Of a stretch of DNA of 64,000 nucleotides, positions 62,616 through 64,000 are shown one piece after another. A model generated the notes under the pieces. It was not told where the DNA came from. It saw nothing but the letters and a program-made list of their open reading frames with translations, and did not search any database. Each line of letters opens with the position of its first letter. Position 1 is the first letter of the stretch. This DNA is from Octopus bimaculoides (lineage: Eukaryota), in NCBI RefSeq assembly GCF_001194135.2, contig NC_068999.1, positions 17,824,542 to 17,888,541 of the forward strand, given 5' to 3'. A program made the position numbers and the translations under genes.

Positions 62616-63829
62616 TACACACACACACATACACACACACATGCACAAACACATACCCACACACACACACTCTCTACGTAAAACTTCTGTACGATTTATG
62701 TTATTTTTTGCAATATCCACGTGCACAAGAACAGTTCAACTTCAATAAAAATTGCCTTTTGGCAGAGTTCTGATCGAAGGACGTGCTAAACATCCACCAC
62801 TTTTTTTTTTTAAAGATATTTCACAATTTTTTTCCGATTCTGTCTTCTGCATTATTGTATTAATAGGATTATCCNNNNNNNNNNNNNNNNNNNNNNNNNN
62901 NNNNNNNNNNNNNNNNNNNNNNNNNNNNNNNNNNNNNNNNNNNNNNNNNNNNNNNNNNNNNNNNNNNNNNNNNNNNNNNNNNNNNNNNNNNNNNNNNNNN
63001 NNNNNNNNNNNNNNNNNNNNNNNNNNNNNNNNNNNNNNNNNNNNNNNNNNNNNNNNNNNNNNNNNNNNNNNNNNNNNNNNNNNNNNNNNNNNNNNNNNNN
63101 NNNNNNNNNNNNNNNNNNNNNNNNNNNATATATATAGTTGTATGTGTATGTATATACATATATACGCATGAACATATGTTTATATGAATATATGTATGTG
63201 TATATATGGATATATGTGAATATACTTATGTGTATATTTGTATGTATATATATATATGCGTGTGTGTGTGTGTGTGTGTGTGTGCATGTGTTTGTGTAGT
63301 TATATGTATATGCATGCATATGTGTGTGTATATATACGTATTTTGGTATATTTATTTTGTACATATGCTTATTACATAATGCATAAATGGAGTAATGAAT
63401 GTATGAATCAATATACCTAATGGATAATAGGGTAACATTACTTAAACGAAATTTCCTATGCCAAGTTATTTATTTATTTACTCATTACTATGATAAATGT
63501 TTTACGCGTTCCTTATTCTAACTGAATTTCATCGCTTGAAGCAAAATATTTTTATTGCTTCTGTTTTTTTACTGAATCCTTTATAAGTCTCTCATATTGA
63601 GAGAAGGTTTATTATTTTGCATTTGAAAAAAAATAAAAAAACATTTCGTGGATTAATTCATATTTCGTATTAGGTCAAGTGAAACCATTTTTATTTACTG
63701 TAAAATAAATCATTATATTCGTAGTTAAATATTAATTATGAATTACAAATAAGCTGTCTTCATTATACTACATGGTTATACATTTATAATTACATTCATT
63801 TAATTTATTAATTAATTATAATAACAAAA

Positions 63830-63886
63830 ATTATAATAACAGCAGCAGCAACAACAACAACACCAACAATAATAATAATAATAATT

Positions 63887-63940
<54 letters not shown>
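63830..63940. repeat. (AAC)n/(AAT)n microsatellite
   Basis: aacaacaac followed by aataataat array. Confidence 0.9.
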
Positions 63941-63941
<1 letters not shown>

Positions 63942-64000
63942 ACGAATAATTTTATATAATGCCTTAATTTGATCAAAAAGATTTATTTCCAAGTACGTAT

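Noticed and set aside
6-63420. ORFs spanning N-gaps or dinucleotide repeats (IYIY, HTHT, VCVC, RERE, SLSL)
   Set aside because: Artefacts of microsatellites and N runs, which lack stop codons.
1-64000. CRISPR arrays, prokaryotic operons or defence systems
   Set aside because: Sequence is eukaryotic; there is no regularly spaced repeat-spacer array and no bacterial-type gene cluster.

Overview
AT-rich, microsatellite-dense eukaryotic genomic DNA with about 15 N-gaps, mostly flanked by (TA)n or (CA)n. The repeat families suggest an octopod cephalopod (Octopus sp.); this is inferred from recalled repeat consensus sequences, not from a search. The only supportable host-gene exon is the first coding exon of a neuroligin-like carboxylesterase-fold gene (minus strand, 4679-4169). 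It ends in a phase-1 GT donor, and the rest of the gene lies left of the window. The other ~59 kb is 5' flank or 5' intron filled with decayed mobile DNA: several tRNA-derived SINE families, a mariner and a maT/Tc1-type transposase remnant, R4/Dong-like and RTE-like LINE remnants, three divergent homologous L1/Tx1-like ORF1 remnants with no ORF2, Penelope-type terminal fragments with minimal hammerhead ribozyme signatures, and several palindromic or MITE-like elements. No intact novel protein system is visible. The most unusual observations are RNA-level: a minimal hammerhead with a CUGUUGA core variant (18476-18512) and a head-to-head tRNA-headed palindromic element with a hammerhead-like tail (24222-24618). 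Nearly all ORFs in the supplied track are microsatellite or N-gap artefacts. Repeat boundaries are approximate (about +/-10-30 nt).
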